From NCBI GenBank assembly GCA_000165425.1, contig CT868185.1:1-64000 (forward strand): a DNA stretch of 64,000 nucleotides. The letters run 5' to 3'. This DNA is from Paramecium tetraurelia. Taxonomy: Eukaryota. Positions 38,465-51,619 of this stretch are shown here, piece by piece. The notes under the pieces are model-generated. The model was not told the DNA's origin, did not search any database, and saw nothing but the letters and a program-made list of their open reading frames with translations. Every line of letters starts with the position of its first letter. Position 1 is the stretch's first letter. A program made the translations under genes and the position numbers.

Positions 38465-40158
38465 ATGATTGAATAATTACCAACGATCTCACTTTGTGAA
38501 TCAACTCTGCTAGAATAACCACTTCTTTCATCACAATAATCTTATACTGAGAAAAAATGTGGTAGTCGGTTTTAATTTATTAAATGTGAATAAGAAGATA
38601 AGCAATATTAGGCAGAAAATAATAGAAATAGGATTAAACAATAATTAAAAGGTATAGTATCTAGTAGAATGATAGGAAGACTGTAACTAATAATAAAAAA
38701 ACCTTCATATTACGAGAAGAATTCATAGGAGGAACTTTAGGAATTAGGATAGAAACTAGATGTTGAATTTAGTGATCTAGACTCTTTATACATTTGTGCT
38801 GACACTAAAAAATTCGATTAAGAATATGAGATGATGGAGATTCTAGGAGAGGGGTGTTTAGGATTAGTGAAAAGGATTATAAATAAGCAGACAAAAGAGG
38901 AATATGCAGTTAAAATAGTGTAAACATAGGATGATGAAATTATAAGAAATGTAAGATAAGTATTAGATTTAGATGATAATTGAATTTAAATCACTTTAAA
39001 AGTTAAATCATGATAATATTGTAAAGGTTCATCGATTATATATTGATTTTAATAATGGATTTTAATCTGAAAGTAAAGCATATGCCATAATGGAATTGGT
39101 CAAAGGATAAGAAATGTTTGAAGTAATTAATAAATTAGGACATTATTCTGAAAGTGTTGCTAAGGAACTATTCAAACAACTATTGAGTGCAATTGAATAT
39201 ATGCATAGAAATGGAATTTGTCATAGAGATTTAAAACCAAATAATATTTTATGTGTGGAAAGTATTGTTAATTATTTATTAGATAAACAACAGATAAAAG
39301 TGACTGATTTCAATGTGAGTAAATTTAGTGATACTTATAAAGAATTTGGAGATTTGAAAGACAGAGAAAAAATTGAAATGTGGACATATACTGGAACTGT
39401 TGCATTTTCTGCACCCGAAATATTTACAGGAGAAGGCTACAAGTAATAATTTTCTATAATTTCTATTTACAAAGTTAGATGGTTGATATGTGGAGTGCAG
39501 GATGTATTTTATATTCAATGCTATCTGGCTAATTACCATTTATTTCAGAATAGTAAATTAATAATGTTAATTTAGTTTGAATGATTTGATAGAATAAATT
39601 AAAGAAGCTTAAATTTAATTTCCTGATGAATTATTCAAATAAATTTCAAAAGAAGCCAAAGATCTAGTATCCTAATTGCTACAAAAGGATTCATCTCAAA
39701 GACTTTAACCTGATGCGGCCTTAAAACATCCATGGTTTGAAAATGTAGTCCTTGAATAAGATATAGAACCATTTTTAAATCTAGCAATCTTAAACAATAT
39801 TCCTAGGTTATCCTCAAAATATTCAAGGAACAACTAAAAATCTAGAAGTATCCTTTTGAAATCCTCATAAAATACTGATAAATCAAATCTGTTGCAATCC
39901 GAGTTTACTTGCAGTCCTACAAAATTTTCAAGTAAAAAAAATAATTTCTTCTCAAATTCTGTTTTTGAAAGCTAATTAAATAATTAAGGTGCAATCCAAA
40001 ATGATAATACTTCAATTACAGATTTTGCTAACTTACAATTAATTAAAAACACATCAAATATTAGCGAAGATATTTCTGATCTTTAATATGTAAAACTGGA
40101 GCAATTTATTGTTTACAAGAAAAATGAAAATTAAAATCAAGAAACCTAACAACAATGA
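38465..40158 (+). CDS. CAMK-like Ser/Thr protein kinase
   Basis: LGEGCLGLVK, YAVKIV, CHRDLKPNNIL, VTDFNVSKF, TGTVAFSAPE, DMWSAGC, ALKHPWF. Confidence 0.93.
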
Positions 40159-40770
40159 TAATTATTATATAATTATACTTTTTCTATTTTATTAATTTAT
40201 TAGAATTATTTCACTTATCTGTTTTAAAAACTTAAGAATTCTTTTTGAATTTCTTAGGTTCTACCTAACATACATTTAATAATTGATCCAATATATCATA
40301 AATATGTATTCCTTAATGATACTATATATTTCTTATGATTAATTAAAGAAACCATTCAAAAATATCATGGTCTGAAATACTAATTCATCTAAGAAACAAA
40401 GATGTGAAGAAATAATAAATAAAAAAGAGGCTAGATAAATTAATTTCTAAAATTGAACATTTATGATTTGATAGTATTCGTGTGTTAATATTAATAATAA
40501 TAATTAAAGAATATCTTAAAGAGACTTGAAAATAATAATAAGAATTTTAATATATTAAAATAAATATATTATTTAAATAAATTAATCGATGAATTAAATA
40601 GAACGAAATTGGACCGATTTCATATAATTATTTTACAACTGAAATCTGAATGGAAATATTGTGAAATTCATTTAGTCCCTAAACTAGAAATAAATTGCTT
40701 AATTAAAACATCATTTTAGTCTAGAATAAATTTGATCTGTTCGATTTAATAATATCATTTTTATTATATT

Positions 40771-42241
40771 TCAACTCTAACTTTTGATGTAAAAGTAGAT
40801 TCCTGCTCCTATTAAACCTGAAAGTGCAATTAAGGCAATTCCATATTTTGGATGATAAAATAACCAAGCAAATGCTATGGTTAAGAGTGAAAACGGAATT
40901 GATATAATAAAACTCACCAAAAAGAAAATAAATCCTGTAATAGATGCTAAAAAGTTTCCTACCAATGGGAACCATGAAACCAACCATGAGATTGGAGAGA
41001 ATATCAAACAAAATCCAATTCCCTACAAAATTAATCAAATTAATTACCATCAATATATAACCACCTATTCTTTATGCCAATGTGAGGCATGCATTTTCTT
41101 CTGCTTTTTTTTTAAATACCTGATTTTATGTCATAATTTATTCGAAGATCCAATCTATTTGAGTTAGAGGCTTCTCAAGTGCTCTACATAGTTTACAACA
41201 GAAACAGCAGCATGTAGTACATGTCAATGACATATCCTCCAAATTTTCATCTCTAGCCAAGGTCTATTCAAATTTATCGTGAATAACAAATGGTGTGAAT
41301 GTATCATTATATTGTTGAGAAACTACAGTTGTAGGACCAGTTCTGGCAGCATCAAATGAGACTCTTAAATCATTCATGGAGACAGTTCCTCTATTTTATT
41401 AGAAATATATATATTGTCCATTTGCTTCGCTAGGATATAAATAGTTTTTTATACTAATTCTAAAACCCTTTTGAAAATCCATAGAAATTGGAAACTGCTT
41501 ATGCATTATTCGCAGCCATTGGAATACTCTCATGGGCATTTGTTTATTCTGCCAAAGACTTGCTCATTAAATACGCCCCGATACGAACATTCAAGTTGAC
41601 TTGGGTCTCTTATTCGACAATCCATTTAGATTTATCATTGTAGTGTCCATCTCCGCAATCAGAATGGAATGTTGAACTCCATTCTTAAACATAATAATAG
41701 ACAGTTCTTTTATTTTCTTCTCTTGATTTGCGTACCCATTAGTACATTTCAACTGTCCTAACTAGTTTAATGCAATCTTTCATAGACAAACCAAAAGTTG
41801 CGTCCACAACTAGATCATTAGTCTTGCTCTCACCTAAAATTTATTAGTTGATATATTACCATTTGTGTGAATCAATTGATGATTGGTATTTGGATTTACT
41901 TCTGCTGAATTGACTGATGTACACTATTTCTTTGCTTATTCTAATCTGTATTCAGTAATTGCTTATCTAATATTGTTATGTGATAAATAAATACCTTCTC
42001 TCATTGTACCATAACATAGCAAACGCCCCAAAAACACACAAGAATCCAAAGATTACAGCAGCGATTGGGTTCCCTTTTGAATGGCTCGAATACAAATGCT
42101 TATTTTAAGGCTCTAACTGTATTGTTATGTAATACCCTCAATGTGTCCTCTCAAATGATTGATTGCATCACAGGAAGAGATAAGTAAAGCAAACAATGTA
42201 AACACAACAAGGCCATGATTGGACTAAGACAATCTTAACAT
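40771..42241 (-). CDS. TMEM43: TMEM43/LUMA (DUF1625) homolog
   Basis: AMLWYNER, VDATFGL, KLVRTVEMYQW, DLRVSF and C-terminal TMs ending LLTIAFAWLFYHP. Confidence 0.85.
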
Positions 42242-42527
42242 TATTTAAATTAATTAATAATATTACCATTCGAATTATTTTGTATATAAATATTGCAATA
42301 AATTTTAATAAAACATACTTAATAAATTAAATCTTTCATCGAAGTTAATTAAGCCTAATTAAATTATTAATTGAATTTTTAGATAATAAAATAAATTGAT
42401 AAATTTTTATTGAGCATATTTTACTAGATCTATTAAAACTATTCAACAAATTATTAAATTATATATTTATATAGATAAACAGCGTAGCTAAAACTTGAAA
42501 ATATATACTTTTTTAATATACTAGTTA

Positions 42528-43671
42528 TCAAACTTAACCCATCGCAATACCATAACCAAACTTATATGAATCCTTATTGTAATCTGCAACGGCACATAAT
42601 TTTAATTGATAAGCGAATCCTTACAAAGTTAAAGCAGAACTGAACTTCATTTTTGAATTTATAGTGATTATGACTTCAGAAGTGGCAAACTTTTATCTGT
42701 AGCCCTTAAAATGATTTAATAAATTCTATTACAAGAATAGTTTTGGATTCCCCTGATTAATTTGAGTATTCAAGTTCTGACATGAAGTAAGCTTTGTCCA
42801 AGAGCTAATTTAAATACAGTCAAATACTCTATGGTTGTAGGCTAGAATTAATTAATCTGCAGCTCCAACGTATTAGGCATACAAATTCTACTTTTAGCTG
42901 ATTCCAAACTTAAAGGCATAACTCATCAATGACATGTTTCTTTCAGTCTATTTTATTTTAATTTTATACCAATGTCATCATTTCATATCCCAGTACCACT
43001 CTCTTTCCGATGGTTTACATCATATTGAAACTGTATAATCCTGTGCCCAGCTTAACGGAGTGAACATAATCATCTCCAGTTATATCGCAATCAAAATGGA
43101 CTTGTGCATTATTTGGACTAGAATCTAAATAGAATGCGCTGAATCTATTTTAATGATAGAAATTCGTTGATGTACCTAAAATTAAACATTTCATTCAATT
43201 TCTTTATAATGGCAGCTTCCAATTTACCAGTAGAGTCCCATCTTCCTGTCATGATATAAGAAGGTTGATCAAATGGAGTTCTCAACTCTCCTCCTAAATA
43301 TTGAGCAGCTAGAGTGTAACTTGGAACTGGAGGTTGTTTCATAGGATTAGGATTAGGTGCCTTGCCTTTGCTCTATAATTTTAGATATGTTCAAATACTG
43401 ATGGTGGAATCATCCAGGAATGAGCTAAATGAAAATTACTGGATAATCCTCCAGCTACTTCAAATTTAAATCCTTTGATATGTTCTACTTTTTTTGTAAC
43501 AGCCCTAACATTGTTCAATAAACCATCAAAAAGTGGTGGTCTTCTTGGGTAACGATTTCTAAATTAAGGTGGTAAACTCATTTCTTCCTCATCATTTATT
43601 TTAAGATGTGGATCTTGTTAGGCGAATGCTGGATTATCCATGTCAACCTATTCTTTGTTCATTGCTGCCAT
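42528..43671 (-). CDS. TOM40: Mitochondrial import channel TOM40 (porin-3 family)
   Basis: GFKFEVAGGLSSNFHLAHS, MTGRWDSTGKL, FNMMQTIGKRVVLGYE and C-terminal YKFGYGIAMG beta-signal. Confidence 0.8.
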
Positions 43672-43694
43672 TATTAATTTTTAATTAATTTATT

Positions 43695-44620
43695 ATGAAT
43701 TAAGACGATCACAATTCTAATCAACAAAATCTCCATAACAATTTACTCAATTTCGACCAAGCAAAGCCTTAAAAACAACAAACCATATCATCAAGATTCA
43801 CTCCATAATAGTTATGTCTCTTTCCAATTTAAAATCATCTCTTCATTCAATCTCATATCTGAACAAGAAACGATAGATTAAATTAAGTTATTGACAAAAC
43901 TATCAGCTGATTATGGTTTTTGATAATAGGAACAAAATTATAATTGGCTTTCTACGAATAAACTTCTTTTAAATAAGTAAAAACTAAAAATCAAATTTTT
44001 TAACCTAACTAGTATACTCTTTAATTTTGATAACCATACTCTCCTCATTTGTAGAAATCTTAATCCTTATGATACTTCCTAGGATTAAAAATCTTTATCT
44101 AAAGAGTTGTAATATAACTCAATCTATTGATTTAATATAAGAAGGTCTCCTCTTTTTAATGTAATTACAAAAAAAAGTAAATGCTTAAATTTCTATTTCT
44201 AATGTTTTCCAAAGAATTCGGTTTAATAATCAATATATTTTTTGTATTCAAAAAGTGGTAATTGTGCTATATACAAAAATAGAGAATTGGAAATCCTTAT
44301 AGAAATATATTAATTTGTAGAAGAAGCTCTCTCAGAAACCTAGAAACATTATAACTAAATTTTAAACTCAAAATGGTTGTAGCCAAAAATCCTCTTGATT
44401 AATTAATGTTCAAAAATATAGAAAGAATTGAATTTTAAGAAGTATAAAAAAAAAACTAGGAAGAGTTGAAATAGTAGAAATTTGGCTATAATCAAACAAT
44501 TTTGTGAATGCTAGAGCGTTAACTAAAAAAATAATGATCGATATGAATTTGAGAATTGTCTTTATAATGAGTAGTAGCAACTATAAAACAAAAATTATGT
44601 TTTCTCTATTGAAATAAATT
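43695..44620 (+). pseudogene. Disrupted coding-like region
   Basis: ATG 43695 opens a protein-like frame that is broken by TGAs and frame changes. Confidence 0.3.
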
Positions 44621-44665
44621 TATTTCATTAAAACATAATAGAAACATAATTAAAAATATATTTAA

Positions 44666-46194
44666 TCATGGAACTTTACTTAAGTTCTTTAGCTCTTTTA
44701 TTAAAGGTAAAATTTTCTTTCCTTCTCTCTAATGTTCTTAAATTTTTTAACTTGCCCATATCAGGAAAATTTCATCCTCTTTTTCTATCTTTCTTTATTT
44801 CTCTTCTTATTAATCTAATTATTCAATATACTCTTTTTCTCTTATAACCTATGAGATATTAATATGATAATAATACTTTCTTTTCATCAATTTAGTTTTA
44901 TTAAAATCTTGCATTCTAAACTCTTCTCTCTCTTTATGCAGTAGTTTCAGCTCTTTCTATTTCTTCTAATTCTTTACCTCTTCTTTCCCAGTATGTCTGA
45001 AACTCTTTTTTATGATAATCAACAGCTAAATATTAATTAATATAAAATACATTTAGATTCTGTTTCTTTCACTTCTTCTTTGATCTTTCTACTATAATCA
45101 ATTGCTCTACACATTTATTCTCTCTTCTGCTTTTTTATTTTTTCTACTTCTTCAGCTTTAACTTAAGCTTCTATAATTTATTTATTTAAATGTTCTTCCT
45201 AGGCTTTCTTCAATCCCTCTAACTATTAAATCTATCGATCAATCATTTTTTATCTCTATTATTATTTTTCATGAAATTTTAAATCCTCCCTCACTTTTCG
45301 CATCTCAGCTATTCTATGTTTCTTTTCAGCATGTTATCTTATCTTTTCATCTTCTTCCTTCTCTTTAATTTTCTATTAAATCTTGAATTCTGTTAATTAA
45401 TCATTCGCCAATTATACTAACCTCTGATTCTCCTATATCTTTTCCTATTTTAGTCTTTATATCTTTTAATCCTCTTCTAAAGCATCCCTAACCTTTTACT
45501 TAATCAATTCTCCTTCAATTCTTTCTTCCTTTAATTTAGTTAGATATTTCTCTTTCATTTCTTCATGTTATCTAAATATATGTTATCATACTTATGGAGC
45601 ATATCCTTTTATTCCTTCTTCTTTTATTGTAGTAATTTCTATTTTACAATTTACTTCTAATCATATTCATCCAATTGTTCTTCTATGATTTAATGATAGA
45701 TCTCTTCCTATTATTTCAGAAGTTCTTTCTTATATTTCTCCATTACAATTTATTCATCCCTCTCCTGCAATACATCTGAAAAAAGCATTTTCCCATGAAA
45801 TGCCTTTACCCTATCGCCATCTTCATAAATTTATATGTTCGCTTTTTATAAAGTTATTTTCTTCTGTTCCTTCTAAAATTTCTCCTCTTCAACATCAATT
45901 TGCCTTCTCTCTTCTTCTGCTGCTGTGAATTTTTCAAATCTATGCTAATCTCTTTTTTGTTTATAAGCTGCTATAGTCGTTGGCCAACGTTTCATCCTTT
46001 CTTCAGAATTTGCCTTCCTAAAATGAAAGCAAGTTATACATTCTCATTTTATCCAGTTACCGTTCTTCTGTGGCCAAATTCCCTCCCTTAAGTTTTCCCC
46101 TTATATGATTGATTTCAGAAAGTGGTATAAGAGTTTGAGTTTATGTTTTTGAAAATTGATTTTATTGCTACCCTCTCGATGTATTGGATAACAT
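44666..46194 (-). CDS. CFAP210: Trichohyalin-plectin-homology coiled-coil ciliary protein, CFAP210/CCDC173-like
   Basis: RMKRWPTTIAAYKQKR...EEERRQIDVEEEKFQ...DRVKAFHGKMLFSDVLQERDEQI matches the CCDC173 N-terminal pattern, followed by an E/K/R/Q-rich helix. Confidence 0.7.
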
Positions 46195-47118
46195 TTATTA
46201 TAATGAGTTATTTATTAAACATAAATTTTCAAGAAATTTCACAATCTATTGATTATATGACATTCATCATATGGTTGACTTATGAGTAAGAAAACATATA
46301 TCGACATAAGACAGAATTAAAGTATAAAATAAATCATCTAATTTAAAATGCATATCCTCCTAATTCAATATATGAATTAATATTTTATTTCAACTGTTAA
46401 ACCTAAAGTTTATAATTTCATTCAATCTTTGTTGTTTTTAATCATCCCAACATAATAAAAAAGCTCAATTAATTTAGTAGATAGAAGGAGTTTGAAACAC
46501 TGGCTTGACTCATACTTTATTTGTTATTTATAATATATTTCTATTTAAAAATGAATGAATCAAGTTCAATTTGGACTAATTATATTTTATTGAGAATGAA
46601 AAAGGTAGAGAAAGTTTTAACACTAAAATGATAAAGATTAATTGGAATATTTAAGAATTGAGTAAGAACTACTTAAAATATTTAAAGAAAATATAATCAT
46701 ATAAATTTAGCAAGACTGAATTAAAATACTGACTTTTTTAATTTATTAAAAGTTTAAATGCTAAATAATATTAAACTTATAAAGTAAAATTAGATTTGAT
46801 ATATTTATTCTTCCTATTATCTTTCCATCTTCTGTCTTTCAGTTGTACGATTTGAATTAATAAATATTCCTTAATCTTATTATTCCCTTTAGCCCATCAA
46901 TAAAATTTTCCTTTTCCATTTTTACCTACTTAATATTAATAAAGCTATAAATAGAACAATTTACTCTTATTAATCAAAAAAGTGTAAATAAATGAATATT
47001 CTTTTGGAACAAAGTATTGATACAATAAAGAATAATAATATTGTGAGTTTTAAGGATATTTTCAAGTTCTTATTATATAATAAATTCTAAATTATTAATG
47101 GATACAATTCTTATAAAA

Positions 47119-48229
47119 TCATTACTTTAAACTTGTGAATCTTTCTTTTAATAAATTTTTTAAATCATCTATTTCTTTTTTGTATTTATCTTGATAGTTT
47201 TCAATCAATTGATCAATACTATGACAACTAAGTTCTTCTTTTTTTCTTGACATTATTTCATTTGATTTTTGAATCAAATTTTCTGGTCTGCCTTATTTAT
47301 TCGAAGGTGATTCGTCTTCAGGCATATTAGTTTAACTTTCATTCTATAATTTGGTTAAATGTTCTCTAAACTCTTATCCCCAAGCAAGTACGAATGCCCA
47401 ACTTACGAAATGCTTATGCTTATTAATGTCATATAAGTCATCTTCAGCAGATAAGTCTTGAATAGTACTCTCAGGTTGATCTAACTGCTTATGTTTATTG
47501 TTAAAGTTTAGATTATCTTCACCAGAGAAGTCTTGACTAAAATTCTCATGTAAATCAAAATGTTTTTGTCTTTTAATATCATGTAAATCATCTTCAACAG
47601 ATATGTCTTGGCTAGAACACTTTGATTAATCTGTTAATTCTAGGAGGTTCTTCAATGTTCTCTAGAAATCTTGATGTATGATGGGATTTAACAACATCAT
47701 TTTCGAGTTTGAGTTTTCTTAATCAAAAGTAGCTTCATCAGAAGTATTGTCTCCGAAAATAAAATAATTCATCTGCTGCTTATCCCCAATCAATTTTATT
47801 GATAAATGGTTTTCAAGTTTTTTTAATAATTTAGTTTAGAGCTCCTAAATATTTATATATAATAAATAATTTACAGTAGCCTCTTCTATAAATGTTTATC
47901 GTTTAAGTTTGAAGTTATTAAAAGTAACTTCTTATTAGTTTTCAGGCCAGAAAGAATTCTTTAGTTTATTTGCAGATTACCCGCTGAGACACTTAAATAA
48001 AATTTGACATTTGCTTGCTAGTATTCGAACGATTTCTCTTGTTTCATTATCTGTAAACCAGTATTATTTTTAATTATTGTTTTATTGTTTTTGGTCGATT
48101 GAAGGTTGAGGTGACTAAGAAAATCATCTTATCTTTTTTTACTTTATATTTAGGAGGTCTTCCTCTTTATTTATTAGTAGAAGGTTTCTTTTATTATCCA
48201 TTTGATTATTTTTAAGGTTGTTTCCCCAT
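47119..48229 (-). CDS. AT-hook-containing hypothetical protein
   Basis: N-terminal KQRGRPPKYKVKK and an internal duplicated acidic segment (offset 150 nt). Confidence 0.6.
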
Positions 48230-48429
48230 ATTTATTAAATAATTATCATTTTATATATAGGTTATTAATAATTTTATATTATTGTGATCAGATAGAATTA
48301 AGTATATATTTATAAGTTATTTGATGTTAAGCAATTTAAATGCGAGTTCAAATCATTATAAAGTTATGATATATTATTTTATTTTTAATATTTATAAGAG
48401 AGACTTATATTTATTTTAGAAATAAAGTT

Positions 48430-49403
48430 TCAATAAATCAAAATTTGAAAAGATTTCATTAAATTTGAAAATGATTCAAAATCTAATATTAGATGTTAGG
48501 CTTCCATGTGACATAAAACTGGTTTGATTTTTTCTAAAATTTAATGATCAACATCTAAGTTTATAAAATCAGTGGATATTTGTCCATCCTTATCATTGTC
48601 AAGTTGATTAAATATTATCCTCAAAATTTCTTGATTCTGTTTAAATTACATCCTCTGTTATGCGAACTCAATTAACTTTTTTCTCTAAGGTATTCCTATC
48701 AATTATGCTAATTCATAATCTTCTTAATCTATTTTTTTGCTTACTTTCTTATATATATTATCTTTTGTGATTTTTGGTTTAAAATCATGACCAATAGGAG
48801 AGTTAGACTCGATTCTCAGCTTTTGCAATCTTTTTTCTGACACATTCTTTTAAGATATCAATCTATTAGCCAAGTCGACTTGTTCTTATCTTGATCTTTT
48901 TGGTTGCTATTTGTAATCCTTATTCTATTCGATATCAGTTACACATTTGGCATTCCTCAGTTCATTTTTTTTTTATAACAAATTTCCCTATGATTTCTAA
49001 CCTTGAATTATAAAATTGCTTGTATTTCGCTAATGCAATTAGGCAGTTGATGGTTTCTTCTAAATCTAAGCCCAAACTGTATTATGAAGTGCTTCATAAT
49101 CATTTTTTTCTAAATTAATTGTTTAAATTAATTACTAACTTATGCTGGTTTTTAAATAATTGCTTATGATTAACATTGTTTCAATGTATTTGTTTATGGC
49201 ACAAATTTCTATCTGATTTGCTTCTCTTATAATTTTAGTTGATCTCTAATGTGATCAATTATAAATTATTTGCCATCCTCTTGAATATTGTGTCTGTCAC
49301 AAAAGAATTCTGCTAGCATCTCGATGTCATCTCCTTCATAGATGTGAATATATTCAGGTTTGTCTCCAGTGTCCAAAGTGACGATTGCCTTCAAAGCACT
49401 CAT
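48430..49403 (-). CDS. Hypothetical protein with C-terminal EF-hand-like motif
   Basis: MSALKAIVTLDTGDKPEYIHIYEGDDIEMLAEFFC... and IFNQLDNDKDGQIS. Confidence 0.65.
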
Positions 49404-49539
49404 TGAATTTTTGAATTAAATATTAATTATAAGTGTATTTATTATATCGAATTAGATTATTGTTTGAATAATTTGATTATTAAATGACAATACAATAATA
49501 AAACAAATTTAATAATTCTGTAACAATAATCTTAAATTT

Positions 49540-50139
49540 ATTTCAATAAACATATGACTTTTATCTGAACATTTTCACTTGAGCCATAGCTTAATTCTAT
49601 CCATTCAATTTTAGATATTCACATGTTAGGTGTTTCAAATAGTAAGATCTATCTAGAATAACTATAGTTAAAAGATTCTTCGCCATTTATATGAGGTTTG
49701 TTCGGTCTGTCTATATATTTGAGGTATATTTAAATTACCTATTCAAATCTTGGGATTTTCTCTTAAATTATTTGGTTGAGTTTATCCTAATATGTAGCTA
49801 TAAAGAGTTGTTGTTTGACATTCAACAATTCTATAGTCAATCTAAAATTTATAACAACAGCAGATTTGATATAATAGTTGATTGTTTTTTATATAATATG
49901 TTTATCTGATAATCATAATATCATCAGATCAAAATTGGAAATGGATATGCCAAGAATCTACAATAAAACAAGACTATCATACCTCACTTTTTAATGATTT
50001 AATGAGCTAATTTGGCCTTAAATAAAAGCATTTGTTTTGGATTTCGGAAATCTATTTTCTCAACAGCAGAATAAAAAATTGAGGAGTTTGAACAACTGGA
50101 TCGAGATGCTTTGATTGTTTCGGGAGTCTTCATGTTCAT
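49540..50139 (-). CDS. Hypothetical protein (structure uncertain)
   Basis: ATG 50139 opens a protein-like frame with a GTATG...TAG intron. The downstream frame is unresolved. Confidence 0.3.
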
Positions 50140-50546
50140 AATAGATATTTTATGTTTAATTATTTATTAAATGAAGTGATATGTAGAATATGGCTTTGTA
50201 ATTTATCAAGCCACTTCTGATTTTAAGTATTTTCTATTCATCAGAGTCTCTACTGCTAATTTTTAAATGCACTCTATCTAATTGCTATCTTTAAAAAGAA
50301 CAAGCAAGGTGGCATCTCTATAAATTTAGACAGTTATTTTAGGATTTCTTTACGGCAACAGTGATTCATTAATCTGTATGTTTAAATAAAATAATTTAAA
50401 TGATTATGCCAAAAATAGACAAAATGGTAAAATTTATTATTATCTCACATCATTTCAAGAATTCAGTATTGAAATCTACAGTGTTTTGTAAACTCGTCTA
50501 GCTTTTTAATATTTATATAATATAATTAAATTACATAAAAACGGAA

Positions 50547-50884
50547 ATGAGATTATTATTGGTTCTATTGATTGTGACAATTGTTTCTGCCACAATGGCT
50601 CCCCCCATAACAAGTAATGATAAAAAATGGGTGAGATCATCTATTGAAAATAATGATTGTCACAAAGATTGCAGAAGAGCAGATGGTCATGTTTGTGCAG
50701 GATTACATAAATCATAATGTTGCCAAAGACATTGGTGTTTATAGGATGAAAAACTACATGATGTGTGGAGCTGCAGAACTGGATTGTAACATTACTTGTT
50801 TTTATAAACTCTAGCGAAATTCACGTTGATTCATGTAATTCTTTCCCTAAAAGAGATGCAGGATTTCTATAAGAAAACAATTGA
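50547..50884 (+). CDS. Small secreted cysteine-rich protein (102 aa, 8 Cys)
   Basis: Signal-like MRLLLVLLIVTIVSA, intron 50786-50814, Cys spacing C-x3-C-x7-C-x7-CC-x4-C-x11-C-x10-C. Confidence 0.8.
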
Positions 50885-50929
50885 TATAAGCAATTAAAAT
50901 AATTTACATATAGTCGAAAAATAATTTTA

Positions 50930-51598
50930 CTTAAGCATTTAGTCAATCCTTGGATAATTTTGCATAAATTTTCATCAATTATTTCATTCGACCAAAATGA
51001 TAGTTATAACTTCATTGACAAATATTCTGGTTTAATTCAATCATAAAATAAGAAACTTACAGCCTAAATTGTTTATTTGGAGTTAATAAGGAAGTTAAAT
51101 AAATGCTAGATTATATTTCCTTATTTATTTCTTCAAGATATTCTACCTTGCATCATTATATTTACCATTAATATTCAATCTTGTCCTTCAGAGTCCTAAA
51201 AACAGCGACTTTTTTGATTTATAATTCATCTAATAAAGTTGTTAACAATTATTCTTTAAAAATGAATAAGGTTAAGTTATTTTTAATTAATTTTTTCCTT
51301 CTAGTGATAATATATCCAGTTAGCTTTATGTGATTATAAATTCTAATTCAATAACAATAATAATCTATTCAATTTATCCAAATATTTAACTAAATTAAGC
51401 TATGAATTTAGATTCAATATATTATAAATTAGTTTTTAAATACTAAATTTTTGGCTGTTGAAGAATAAATTTGTGAAAGTAATTGAACAATTCATCAACT
51501 TTCCTAAGGATATATTAAAATATACTGGGTTGTGATTACTATTGCAAAAGAAGAAAACAAATTTATACTTTCAAGTTGATAAGATATTTAATATACAT
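50930..51598 (-). CDS. Hypothetical protein (possibly degenerate)
   Basis: About 130 open codons from ATG 51598. The 3' part is unresolved. Confidence 0.3.
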
Positions 51599-51619
51599 AT
51601 ATTTACTATTTCATTTTTT

